A stretch of 64,000 nucleotides of DNA from Cirrosporium novae-zelandiae (lineage: Eukaryota), in contig JAPETS010000003.1 in assembly GCA_026023565.1 (NCBI GenBank), forward strand, positions 186,001 through 250,000, read 5' to 3'. Below, one piece after another: positions 14,050 to 25,700 of the stretch. The number at the start of each line of letters is the position of its first letter. The stretch's first letter is position 1. The position numbers and the translations under genes were made by a program. Below the pieces are notes generated by a model, which was not told the DNA's origin, ran no database searches, and worked only from the letters and a program-made list of their open reading frames with translations.

Positions 14050-15498
14050 TCAAAAGTCATATCCCTTCCTCTGATCTCTCTCGCCCTCTGCGGCCCTAAC
14101 AGCGGGATCCGTACCCCTCAAATATGCCCTCTGTTTATCCCGTTCCAATTCTAGCTCTAGCTGTAATTTCTGCGTCTCCAGCCTCTCTCGATGCTGATCG
14201 CTGTAGGGTTGGCCTTTTGCCCGGGCTTCGTTGAGCCTGTTCAGGACATTCTGGACTTCTTCTTTTTCTGCGAGCTTGCGCATCCAGGCTTCTAGGTTAT
14301 CGGCGCCTTCAAAGCAGATCCCGTAGCCTTCGCAATAGCAGGCATGCATCGAAGGGCAGTACTCGTGTTTTCCGAGGAAGATGTACTGCCATGTGTATTC
14401 GAACATGCGCCCAGAAAACTCGTCTGGCATGGTTGTGGTGAGCAGCCACTCGCGGTAGGCGATATACCGTTCAAGCGGATTCGATCGGATGATTTCGCGC
14501 GTCACACCGAACTGGGCACAGCAGGGCTCGGAAAGAGCCTTTGGGACTTCAGCGGTGGCATGAAGCTCCCTCCATACACTTGTTCGGAGAAATCGTTCTT
14601 CGGGTTTTCTGAAGGAATCGAATTCTGATTCGGGTCGGTCGAGATGGATCCAGTCGGGGCAGCCTGGCTCGTGGTGACAGCGAGCGGGGAAATAGCCGAC
14701 CTTTTTCACATAGTCCGTCTTTAGCTGACGGAGAGTCTGAGCAGAATCCAGCCCAAGAAGTATATTGTTATGCCATGTGTACCGATGGTCGTGGAAGAAG
14801 AGGACGACGTCAGGGAGGGAGTCATAGTGATCTATGATATAGGTGAGGTAGACGGTTGCCTCCCGTCCTTTATTCACGGGAGGATGGAGTTCAGCGGTGG
14901 GATCATCGACGACATAAATGGCTGTTTGTTCGTCTGGAAGCTCTTGCTTGATCCATGATACATCCGCGCTTCGTAGGCGAGGGACGACTAGGACGCGACT
15001 CAAGTTTTGATAGACAGGTATACTGCTTGGTTGAACGATGGCAGAGCTGGCTTGTGTGGCGGCAGAGCTCAGTTCTGTTATGGTAGGAAGGAACTCGTTT
15101 GCCTCGAGAGGCGTACTCGTTGGATGTTGTGGTGCGGTAACGGCATCAGCTTGTTTGGAAGGTTCTTGCAAAGCGGGTTCTTTCGGCGAGGCTTTCGAGG
15201 ATGCTTCAGGTCGACCTTGAGCCACATCATCTACTCTGGTTGCAGTAGCGAATGATTTGTCTTCTCCTACCGGAGGGACCTCTGTTTGCTGTTCTGGAGG
15301 AGGAAATGGGGAGTCGCCAGGGGGAGGGCTGTTTGGCTGTTGCGGCTGATCGCTGTATTGATCTGGTACTGTGGAGAGGTACCCTGACTCGGGAACAGGG
15401 AGGATAATTTCAATGTAATACCAGATAATCAAAGAAATGATCAAGGCAATCAAAAGGGTAAAGGTACGTCTCGGTGAATGCATTGCGCGAGAATACAT
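14050..15498 (-). CDS. DUF3431-family type II membrane protein, intronless
   Basis: N-terminal TM anchor and Pro/Ser-rich stem, then KGREATVYLTYIIDHYDSLPD, FFHDHRYTWHNN, PCCAQFGV and GRMFEYTWQYIF motifs. Confidence 0.85.
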   Translation of the reverse strand: MYSRAMHSPRRTFTLLIALIISLIIWYYIEIILPVPESGYLSTVPDQYSDQPQQPNSPPPGDSPFPPPEQQTEVPPVGEDKSFATATRVDDVAQGRPEASSKASPKEPALQEPSKQADAVTAPQHPTSTPLEANEFLPTITELSSAATQASSAIVQPSSIPVYQNLSRVLVVPRLRSADVSWIKQELPDEQTAIYVVDDPTAELHPPVNKGREATVYLTYIIDHYDSLPDVVLFFHDHRYTWHNNILLGLDSAQTLRQLKTDYVKKVGYFPARCHHEPGCPDWIHLDRPESEFDSFRKPEERFLRTSVWRELHATAEVPKALSEPCCAQFGVTREIIRSNPLERYIAYREWLLTTTMPDEFSGRMFEYTWQYIFLGKHEYCPSMHACYCEGYGICFEGADNLEAWMRKLAEKEEVQNVLNRLNEARAKGQPYSDQHRERLETQKLQLELELERDKQRAYLRGTDPAVRAAEGERDQRKGYDF

Positions 15499-16122
15499 GA
15501 TGGTGACGTTGGGGGACGTTTGTGGAAAATGGGGTTTGCCAAGATGGCCCTTAGCAAATCAATGCGTCGGCGGCTATCAAATCACCCTCCCGGAGTGAAT
15601 TTGGAAATGGAAGAATGCAGTGTATCATGTAGCACTGCAAAAAGAAACGAAAAGGTGGAAGAAAAAGAAAAGAAAAAAAGAATACAAGACTGCGGATTCA
15701 TTTTTGTTAAAGTATCATATTTAATATGGAGAAGGGATCAGAAGGGATGCATCGTTAGTGTTTGAGCAATAAACAGAGTTAACTAAACTATGCTAAGCTA
15801 AACAACCCTCTCATGCTACTCGTTTCACTTGTATTAAACTTTGAAGCATCCTATCACTCAACGTGAACTATTTAACTATTTTTTTATTCTTAAAAACAAA
15901 CACCAAAAGTCTATCTATTCTAACGGGGGGAAAAAATAAAGAAAAACGAAGAAAAATAAAGAGATTGTGGTGCCGAAATATATTCTAAAAATGTGAGATA
16001 TAAAAAAAGCCACCACTCCTTCAGCTGAGGTAATACGAGGAGGACGGGTGGACCCAGACCTAATTTCCGTCTGATACGCACATCTTCAGGGCAAACTTTC
16101 TAGAAATGCAGGAGCCTCAACG

Positions 16123-18885
16123 TTAAAGGCCACGGGCCAACATTGCCGATTTCAACGTCTTCTGGAACGATTGAATGTTTTCTGGAGATAGCATGGTATA
16201 ATGCGCGCCATCAACATCATGAAATCGAGGTGGACTGCGGACAAAGTCCTTCCAATGCGAGAGCTTGTTATCGATCCAGTCTTGTTTATCTTTTGCCACT
16301 GCTGGGAGAGGAATTGCGACAAAGACATCGAGTGTGTCGACCGACCCTTGCGGTTCATATCCACGCGCGAGCCCTTGCATTGAAGCCGCAACATGAGCCC
16401 ATCGTTCTAATTTGTATTTGTCAAGGTCTAGTTCTTCAAGGCGACCTGGTGGGGATACTTGACAGATGTATTCAAGTGCCTGTGCCAGAGTGTAGGTGTG
16501 TAGCATGGGAGAAATTTGCACAGCATGCTCTTCCGATACCAAGCCAAGGAAGTATGAAAGATGCAAAAGAACTTCAATCATGTCGAGCTGTTGCATTCGC
16601 TCTTTGATGTGTGGCGGTAGATTGAATGCGCCCAGGAACTTCACCTCATCACCTTCAGATTCCATGATTTTGGCTACTTGGTAGGCCAACATAGACCCGT
16701 AAGAGTAGCCGGCCATGGCGTAGGGGCCTTTTGGTTGTGTTCGCTTTATGTGTGCATGGTATGTGACGACAACTTCGTCAAGCGTTCCAAAAACCTCTTC
16801 TCCTTCTTCAAATCCTCGCGTGCGAATGGCATAGACTGGACGATCGGGAAAATATCTGGCCAATCCCAAAAACACCAAGACCTCTCCAACTCCGGGGTGG
16901 AACAGCCATAAAGGCGTCTTCGAACCGTTAGTCTGCAGAGGTACGACAGGATTATAGGATTTGGGTTTGCGCATATCTTCAATTGCCTGAGCAATACCTC
17001 CGACTGTTGGGCTGAGCAAGATAACACTAAGTGGTAAACTCTTGGCAAGCCCAAGAGCTTTTTGTAGCTGGGCATTGAACCGGATGAGGGCAATTGAGTC
17101 GATTCCTAGATCAAAGAGCCCCGAATCAAGAGAAATATCCTCCTCTGGAATGCTAAAGGTTGTTTCCAGGACTTTCGCAATTGTGATTTCGAGATCAGTA
17201 GCTGGAGGTTTGTAGTGAGCTGCCTTATATTCCGAAATCATCTGTTTGCTATGTTGCTGGTAGTACGAAAAGACACCAGTTTCGAAACCTCGTGAGGTCT
17301 TTGCACGCGATACTTTGCCTAGAGTCGACTTTGGCAACATAGATTTCTTGACAGGTACAATATCCAATGGCTTTGCGCCGGAGAGTCCGATACAAGTCCT
17401 TGAGATGGCATCTGAAGTTTCGTGATATGCCAAACCATCGTCTTCCTCAAAAGTAGGCACATACACGACACATATGCCTTCGGTGGGTGACCCCTTAGGA
17501 CGATAGCTAAAGACAATTGTGTAGGATGGCGTCAAGCCCGGGATTCCCGCATTTTCGAGCACAGTCTCGAGTTCGTGAGGTGAATGTTTGACACCATTGA
17601 TAATGATTGTCTCTTTGCTTCTGCCTGACAAATTCAAGCATCCATCGGAATCAACAAAGGCCCTATCACCTGTGCGGAACCATCCATCCTTGGTGAATAC
17701 TTCTACTGTAGCCTGTACATTGTTGTAGTATTCTCTGAAAACAGCGGGTCCGGAAACTTGAAGTTCACCAACCTCACCAGGGTTTGTGGTTTCTCCGAGA
17801 AGGTTCATCACTCGCATATTCACACCAGAAGTGCAAGTGCCCAAGGAAGCAAACTCTGAATCCCTTTCAAGGTCATATTGAGGGCAATTTGTAGAATATA
17901 TGCATCCTGCACAGGTTTCTGTCATTCCAAATCCCGGACGAATGAGGTTCTCGGGGGCCCCGTAGCCAGCCAACTGCTTGGTAAGTATCTCACAAGTCTC
18001 AACTTGATTTGCCTCACCACCAGAGGTAATTGTCCTTAGGCACGTAAGATCCAAAGATTCTTTGGGGGCCTTTTCTTTTAGTACACGAACCATGGCTGCG
18101 AAAAAGAAATTTGGGGCAAACGTATATGAAATGCGATGCTTATTTATCAATCGCAAGAAACTCAGAGGTTCCACAATTAGGGTAGTTGCTTCAACCTGAA
18201 TTTGTTCTCCATGGAGAGCTAGCGGAAGAATATGCCCCTCTATCAGGCCAGCAACATGGTCCATGCCAATCCAGTTCAGTGCGATATCCTTGTTCGAGAG
18301 ATCGTGGCAATCAGCTTTAGCCCGAACAGCAGCCAAGATCTGACCATGGCGAAGGCACACTGCTTTAGAGCATCCTGTGCTGCCAGATGTGAGCATGAGA
18401 ACCGCCAAGTCCTCTGCATCTTTTGTACGTCCGTCCCTGATGAATAGCGACTGTATGTTGGCATGAGACTCTAGAGACTCAACTGTTCGGATTCGGAGGC
18501 CCTCGACGCCTGGAAATTCAGGAAGAAGACGCTCTGTTGTAAGGACAATCGGGTCACCTAGAGCATTATAAAGGTGAGAGAGGTGCTTCGTTCGTTGATT
18601 GGTGTCATTGACAAGGGGAGTTGACATGGCTGGAACTAGGCCAGCAGTGATCATGGCCCAAAACCATCTGATATTATCCAACTGCGAGTCGAAGTGCAAG
18701 AGGACAGTAGGCTCTGGCCTGAACTCCTCCAAGTGATTGATCAAGGCAGCATCCCTTTGGGCCTGGAAGAAGAGATCGTTATATGAGATGTGTTTGTATG
18801 TCCCTGATTGATCTAGGTAGCTAGTCAAGCTTGCTTCTGAAGTCGAAGCTTGATGAAGAAGCTGATAGAGATTTTTTGGTTCCAT
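16123..18885 (-). CDS. NRPS-like A-T-TE enzyme of the aryl alpha-keto acid dimerising family (AtrA/TdiA/MicA/ApvA type), 920 aa, intronless
   Basis: A-domain cores LTSGSTG, GFGMTET, GELQVSGPAVFREYY, FRTGD, GRSKETIIING and PKSTLGK. T domain FDLGIDSI. TE with FHPGVGE, GYSYG and GAHYTML. No condensation domain. Confidence 0.93.
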   Translation of the reverse strand: MEPKNLYQLLHQASTSEASLTSYLDQSGTYKHISYNDLFFQAQRDAALINHLEEFRPEPTVLLHFDSQLDNIRWFWAMITAGLVPAMSTPLVNDTNQRTKHLSHLYNALGDPIVLTTERLLPEFPGVEGLRIRTVESLESHANIQSLFIRDGRTKDAEDLAVLMLTSGSTGCSKAVCLRHGQILAAVRAKADCHDLSNKDIALNWIGMDHVAGLIEGHILPLALHGEQIQVEATTLIVEPLSFLRLINKHRISYTFAPNFFFAAMVRVLKEKAPKESLDLTCLRTITSGGEANQVETCEILTKQLAGYGAPENLIRPGFGMTETCAGCIYSTNCPQYDLERDSEFASLGTCTSGVNMRVMNLLGETTNPGEVGELQVSGPAVFREYYNNVQATVEVFTKDGWFRTGDRAFVDSDGCLNLSGRSKETIIINGVKHSPHELETVLENAGIPGLTPSYTIVFSYRPKGSPTEGICVVYVPTFEEDDGLAYHETSDAISRTCIGLSGAKPLDIVPVKKSMLPKSTLGKVSRAKTSRGFETGVFSYYQQHSKQMISEYKAAHYKPPATDLEITIAKVLETTFSIPEEDISLDSGLFDLGIDSIALIRFNAQLQKALGLAKSLPLSVILLSPTVGGIAQAIEDMRKPKSYNPVVPLQTNGSKTPLWLFHPGVGEVLVFLGLARYFPDRPVYAIRTRGFEEGEEVFGTLDEVVVTYHAHIKRTQPKGPYAMAGYSYGSMLAYQVAKIMESEGDEVKFLGAFNLPPHIKERMQQLDMIEVLLHLSYFLGLVSEEHAVQISPMLHTYTLAQALEYICQVSPPGRLEELDLDKYKLERWAHVAASMQGLARGYEPQGSVDTLDVFVAIPLPAVAKDKQDWIDNKLSHWKDFVRSPPRFHDVDGAHYTMLSPENIQSFQKTLKSAMLARGL

Positions 18886-20140
18886 TTCGAAAGACTAGAG
18901 AGGTAATAAATGTAAAGACTTTTTTTAGTAATCAGGGAGGATCTAAAGATAATGATTGTGCTGAGTTTGACCTTGAACCTCGAGAGTCGTTGGCCCTTTA
19001 TACATCCATAATAATATCTCGTCAACGTCTGAAGCTGAATATCTTGTCTGGTTATCGCCTAAGCCTCTTCGGCGATTGAACGCCTATACAGAAGATCCAT
19101 CAGTCAATAGAGCGCAATCAACAGTAGTCATGTTAAATTCCGGTAGTACTATACAGGTGAAGTAGTATTTTCAGTAAGCAAAACCTCAATCGACTTCCTC
19201 TTGTGGTTTTTTTACCGTTGCTTCGCCGTTTCTAGCATGTAATGCACGTTCCTGTTGTCATCGGAATTTTACATCTCCTTTGAAGCACAATCGATTGGCT
19301 GGTGGTAGGGCCCTAAATGCGGAGGTTGATTCATGAAGGTTATTAGTAGGGTATGACACTAGAGCTTAAAGATACCTATCCATGCATGAAATAAGACGAT
19401 ACGCCTACCTTGACGCTGATGACGATAAGCTACGAGCGAAATTTCATCAGAGTGAGCATTGGAGGCCTGAAATATAGAAAGCAAATAAGCGAAGGTATTC
19501 GGAAATACCGTATGCATAGAAAGAATACAAGAAAAATAGGAAGCAGTAGCATCCACTGTAACCCTCAAGATATGTTTGATTGTCTATCAGTCAGCAGTCT
19601 TGTACAAATAATCATTGGATGATATCTGGTGGGAGTGACGTGATATGAGGACAGAGTAAAGCGGTATGTTGAGGTAGAAGCCTTGGAGGCCTTGCAGCTA
19701 CCCAGCGTCTTATATATTCTAAACTTTGTTATCTTCGGTGGCCGATTGATTGCTGCATATGAGCGGGGAATCCTCCTAAAGAGCCTCATTGTTGATGAAG
19801 TGCTACCTAAAGTAGTAAAAGCAATAAAAAAAAAAAAAAAGTGTTTTGAGCCTTGACTCTCGACATATAACAGTCGGCCGAAAGATGTGTCAGGTCTTGG
19901 CATTCACAAAGACCTCCGCCTTTGGCCGATTGGAGTCATAAAAAGTTGTCAATTCATTAATTATTCAAAACTTGTCGCAGTACTCTGTAGAAAGAAATCC
20001 ACAGTAATATTATATAATTACCAACCCAATTCATTCATTTGGTACTTCTAAAACTCATATAGACAACAAAACTTCTCAGTCATTGGTTTACTTCTTCTAC
20101 TCTATCCTACATCTCTTTTACTCTGGATACAAGTCGCTCC

Positions 20141-20737
20141 ATGGCGTCAGCAGTCACAATAAGAATTCTTCTCGCCTCGATAGGCAATCCTGCTCCGTAT
20201 ACAAATACTTTACACTCAACCGGCCACCTTGTCCTATCTCGAATACAGAATCTTCTCTCCTATCCACCCTTTTCTAAATCGCGTCCACTCGCTTCAGGAT
20301 TACTGTCTCATTCGAATGAAGATGTATTCACGTTGTGGATGAGTCCAACACTCATGAACGTCTCTGGCCCTGCTGTAGTGAAAGCCTATAATACTTGGAA
20401 GCGGGATAATAGTTTAAGCGGAGAGGCTGATGCGAAAAAATTATTAATCATCTTGCATGATGAGTTGGAGCTACCGCTTGGTCAGGTGAAATTGAAAAAG
20501 GGGGCGACCAGCCACAGGGGGCATAATGGGCTGAGAAGCATCAAAGAAACTATGCGAGGAGATGATTATTTGAAATTAGGGATTGGAATTGGCCGACCAA
20601 CGAGCAGAGAGAAGGGTGATGTTGCCAATTTCGTCCTGAGGAAGATGGGAACAGCTGAACGAGAAAAGGTCAAAAATGCAGCAGACGAGGCTGTAAGAAT
20701 AGTGAGGGAGATTGCAGAGGGTAGAAGAAAAATTTAA
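20141..20737 (+). CDS. PTH1: Peptidyl-tRNA hydrolase (Pth1 family)
   Basis: Motifs SIGNP…YTNTLHSTG, LMNVSG, ILHDELELPLG, GHNGLRSI and LGIGIGRP. Confidence 0.9.
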   Translation: MASAVTIRILLASIGNPAPYTNTLHSTGHLVLSRIQNLLSYPPFSKSRPLASGLLSHSNEDVFTLWMSPTLMNVSGPAVVKAYNTWKRDNSLSGEADAKKLLIILHDELELPLGQVKLKKGATSHRGHNGLRSIKETMRGDDYLKLGIGIGRPTSREKGDVANFVLRKMGTAEREKVKNAADEAVRIVREIAEGRRKI

Positions 20738-21188
20738 CATATCTTTTGAAACTCACGCATGGTATAGGCGTTGATCTACGTATGATACCCATAGATTCTG
20801 CTACAAGTAAAAATATCTTTGATGACTTTCAATAGCTAAAAATGAAAGCGGCCAGGTTTTCAAACAAAACAAATTATCATTTAAATTAGTTTTGTTTTTC
20901 TGATTTTGGGTAGACCTTCAACTACAATCGAGTTATCATCTAGATCAATTTTTATTCCAAACTGATTTTGTTTCAAGGCCCCCTATGGTTGCTCTCATTT
21001 CTACCCATCGAAAGTACTTTGTTGGAGCATGTCCCAGTTGGGCTATCTTTGTCACGGACCTCATTGAATCTATTAAACATGGAATAAACCATATACCTAG
21101 GTTTGTCGTCAAGCGTAAAATCCACAATACACCAAGAAAGAATAAAACAGACACCTTGATATCACCCCGAACCCACAAAATGGAGTAT

Positions 21189-22317
21189 CTAAACAGTTCC
21201 AGCGATACTTAAATCTCTGATTTCCTGCAATACCTCCTCTACACGAGTATCCAGCTGGCCCATGGCATACTGTTCCCGTGTATCCGCGTCAAGGTACTGT
21301 TGTACTTGCGCCATCCTGCTGTATGCCTCCGCACAGAATCTCAGTTGAATCTTGACTAGAGCCTCGAAGCTAGGGTCGAGGTAAGGTACGCGAAGGTCAA
21401 TTAGTTGAGGTAGCTCAGTAAACAGTTGATCATTCAGAGTCTCATATGCGACTTTGGCCATCTCTGCATCCTTCTCGGCGCGAGGTAGCTTTGAAACATC
21501 CTTGTCTGGTTTATCAACAAGTTTCTTCACCTTGGCGCGCATGGAATCGTAGTCGAGTAGTTTATGGTTCCGCTTCTTAATGCCTGTAGCAAAGTAAGTA
21601 CAAGTTAAGGTAGAGGGTTCAGGGCGGTATTCGTACATTCGTTGATATCGGGAAAATATGCACAGAATCTTGTGATTGGCTCAAGGACTGTGGTTCTAAT
21701 CCAAAGGTCAGAGACTTGCAGAAACGTATAGGTAAAAGAGATGACTGTACCTGTAGGGACCGTCAAGTGCCTTGATTGTTTCTGCATCTAAATCCTCAAC
21801 GGCTTGCTTGTAACTCCTGCTCACTCCGTCTGTAGCACCTGCATCGCCGTAGAAAGCATCGATTGTTTCTGCAATGCGCATTTGAGAGGCAGTCATGGCT
21901 GAAACGTAGTCTAATGATTAGATATTGATCAAGACTGGAGCTTATAATATTCTTACCCCTCAAAGAATCCAAATAACCCTTGGCTTCTTTCTGGAGTCGG
22001 GTTGCTGCGCCTTCAAGGGTGCGATATCGCCTATCAATAATTAGTATGATCTCAGGTGGCTACCTGGAAGAGAACAAAGTACCTCTCTTCGACTTCGTAA
22101 TCGCGATCGTTGGTCTTCTCCACATGACCTAATTGATGGTTTCATGGTTAGAAGCTACGAAGAAAGAATTTGTTGTTTTATAGTAAATCTGATGTCGCAC
22201 CTGTCTTCATCATGACCTGCGTCCCCATACGATCAATACTCTTTTTAAACCCTAGACATTGTCAGCTGTTGCAGGAACCTTTCATTGCTTTCGGGTTCTC
22301 TCACCTGCCCACGACAT
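21189..22317 (-). CDS. RVS161: BAR-domain amphiphysin RVS161/Hob3, multi-exon
   Basis: Spliced reading: MSWAG|FKKSIDRMGTQVMMKTG|HVEKTNDRDYEVEER|RYRTLEG…AKGYLDSLR|AMTASQMRIAETIDAFYGDAG…KKRNHKLLDYD…ELPQLIDLRVPYLDPSFEALVKIQLRFC. Confidence 0.95.
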
Positions 22318-22791
22318 GTTGACAGAGTGTTGGTGCTATATAATAAGCAGTGTTGGGTATGAATTAAATGAGTGGTTACAAAGGAATGGTTGTAAGGATG
22401 GATGTTGTTGTTGTTGAGCAATAGAAAGTGATGTTTCGTGGCTGAGGCGGAACTTGGTGGCTGTCCTGATTGTGGGACGTCATCTAAAGTTGGAAAAGCC
22501 AATGTTCCGATTCGGAAAGCTATGAAATGTATCCCGCAAACGCATCTCGCATAACGTTAACGCATCACCACGACAGCATGGCACTCTCTAACGCTCGTTA
22601 AACCAATTATTTCTACTTTTTCCTTACTTCTACATGGGACCTTAGTCTCTCACTCACACTTTCAATGATGAACCTTTTGTCATCATTTTCTTTACCTCTT
22701 TTACAATCTCAAAACAACTTTGGAGGCCTCCAGCTGGCCAGCTTGCAGTGAGGTTGTCCATCGTTAACTATCATATTTCAATGGATCGTGG

Positions 22792-25700
22792 ATGTCAATC
22801 AGTACAGGTTCCAAAATGCCTCGTCCAAGATCATTGATATTGAGTCCCACTCCACGTTCTATATCCATATCCTCCGATGTCATATTTCAAACCCACTCCC
22901 GTTCTTCATCTCGAGGAGGTTCCCCTTCCCGTCTCCGGCCCTCGGCAATCTACGAACTAGACCCTTTACTAGGAAAATTATCACCATCACATACTCTCGA
23001 AGCTTTGACGGCAACAGAAGCTGTAATCGTTACAAATGGAAGCAGGGATCAGTCCGCTATTAGAAATAGCATTGCGCACGCTCCTGAAGCCGAAAGGGCT
23101 CTGGCGATTAGAGCTGCTTTGACTGGAAAAAAATTGAAAGAATGGTGTACAGAGTTGATGGATTGGCCTTGGCCAGGAGGCTATGGAAATAACGATAATG
23201 GATTCAAGCCTCCGGACGGTATCACTACCGTAGAAGAAGAGGGTGAAAAACAGAATATTCCATATCTCGGCAGTCTCCCTGCTGATACAGTCGATCATTA
23301 TGAGGAGCGCATAGCGGAAATCGAACAAGACATGGATGACTTGGAGGTAGAAGAACTAAAAGATCATGCTCGACTTTCCCACTCGAGACCATCGTCGGCG
23401 CATAACGAAATTGACCCCCCATCATTTCCTGGAAGCTATGTCCAGCTGACCGATTTCACTGCGATTATTACCGCAACCATTTTACAGGCTCTCCCATGTC
23501 TTTCGCGGTTAATCCTGTTACTCGATACCTGGTTAACCCGCATTTCCATCCTTCGTCAAGTTCCGGAATTATTGTTTGGACTGGAAGAAGCACGCAAAGC
23601 GCTAGAGTCGGCGTGGAATGCGATTTCAAATACCGTTTTGCCAGGAACTCCTCCATTGGATAGAAAGGCTTTCAACGTCATAAGGTCCGTGCTAGAAGAT
23701 AGAGTCTCATCTTTGGGAAGATGTCTTGATAGCATGTTGGATGCGCTTGAGGGTAGCCAGGACACCTTGCCTGATACTTGGACTGATGAAATGGAGAAAA
23801 TTGAAGACGATTATGGGAATTGGGTGGTGGAGGCCGAACGGATCGTCCTCGGTGCAGAATGGGGAATCCTCCTCAACGACATACGAGATATGGGAAACGA
23901 ACCCGAAAAGCCGGATCCTCAAGGCACTGCAGAAGATCCCGATTCCGGCTCTCAAGATTTACCTATAACAGCATCTGTCGAAGTTGACGCACTTGAAAGC
24001 CAACCAGTCAAGTCTTTGGACGATTCCGAAATTCCCGAGAAGCCACAAACAATCACTGGCCTTAGTGTTATTCCTCAATCCCCAGCAAGTCAGAATGATC
24101 TGCCGAGTTCAGGCTTTGAATCTACTATCCATGATGCTAAATATCCACCTACAAGCATCGAAGGGAAATGCAATGGGGAAGCGGATGTGCAATCAGAATC
24201 TATAGACCAGGCAATCGGCCAACATCAAACTGCGAATAACGATCAGGTCCAATATCCATCGAATTCCCAATCTTCCAATACATTAGACGCCCTTGAAAAT
24301 TTGGGTTTTCAAGATCAGGCAGTCGACAAAAGCTTGCCTGAGGTCAAAACATCTGAAGTCACACCTAGTCCCCCAAAAGACAATGTTCTGGAAAATATAG
24401 ATATGCTTCAGGTCCAACCTGGGTCTATGGAAACATCCAGCAGCGATTCCCGGATTCCTCAGCGCATCGACAATTTCCCCCTAACACCATCCAAAGAGCC
24501 CCTTGAAGTGGTAGATCTCCCAGAGCTTGTGTCTCAGGGCATTCCACAGGTCGATATCGAGGAACCTCATCAAGCATCAGAGTCAGCAGCTCCAAACATG
24601 GTCTTACACCCTAGTCCATCCCTTCAAGAACTGTCACAGTATTTGGGCAGTGGTGATAATCAGACACCAATTTATGATCGTCCAAGTCTTACTCGGGCTT
24701 CGAGCAATACGTTCCCGGTGGAACAGGAGCCCAACATGGTTTCAGAGCCGCCTATAGCTCGTGACATCCATTTATTGGCTCCCGAAACCGACATAAAGAC
24801 TCATAGCACAACGAACGAACTAGTATCAACTGGGCTGATCGTTGATAGTCCCTTGCCGTCGCCCAAGGATCCCAGCTTTGAAAACCGGGCACAAGACCAG
24901 CCGGATTCTACCAGTCTCGAAGAAGAACAAAGCAACATTGATCCGAAGCACCCCAACTCCCTAGAATCTCCTAAACATAATGATACCATGGTCAATGACA
25001 AAAAGGTAGACCAACAACACGAGCATCCAGCAGAACCAGATTCGATTCCTTCAGCTCATGACCTCTCCTCACCCATAAAACTGAAAGCATATTCTCCAAA
25101 AGCCGAGCCACAGGTTGACAACGATGCCAATACACTTCCCCAGGAGCCTATAGCCAATGGCAACTCTATTGAGGGCATTGCAGCAAGCTATGTTCCCGAG
25201 GCAGAGAAGCAAGATGATATCGACCTCTTTGAAGGGCCGAAGACTTCCATTTCTATTTCTACCTCTTCCCCGCGCTCTCGTGACAGTACGAGCGATTCCC
25301 AAAGCTCCATACTTGATACACCTGAATCTGTTATCCATCACACTCCTTTACAGTTGAGGAATGGTCGTTCCGTTGCCAGCCAATGGTTTGTGGAGTCTCC
25401 ACGACGCCCTAGGACCTCACGATCAGAGGCCGCGATGGGTCTGGAGTCGTTCGACAAGATTCCTACCAGGTACTCGGACCTTGAAACAAGAGACGATCTA
25501 TCTGCGAAGCCCTTCCAATATTCTATGAATGCAGTGTCAAATTCAAGTCCTATAGAGGAAGATCATCAAGCCAGAGACCATTCGCCAGCCAGTGAGATCG
25601 ATTCTCGGGATGAGAGAAATACCACGTCTACTGAGATAGACTTTGCATCGCAAAATAAAAATGGCGATAGGAATTGGGTGTACCCAACATCTCTCGACCT

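Noticed and set aside
1019..20737. Biosynthetic gene cluster combining the MFS transporter, GH43 and the NRPS-like gene
   Set aside because: The transporter is >11 kb away and separated by housekeeping FAR11 and MAK16; no tailoring or regulatory genes.
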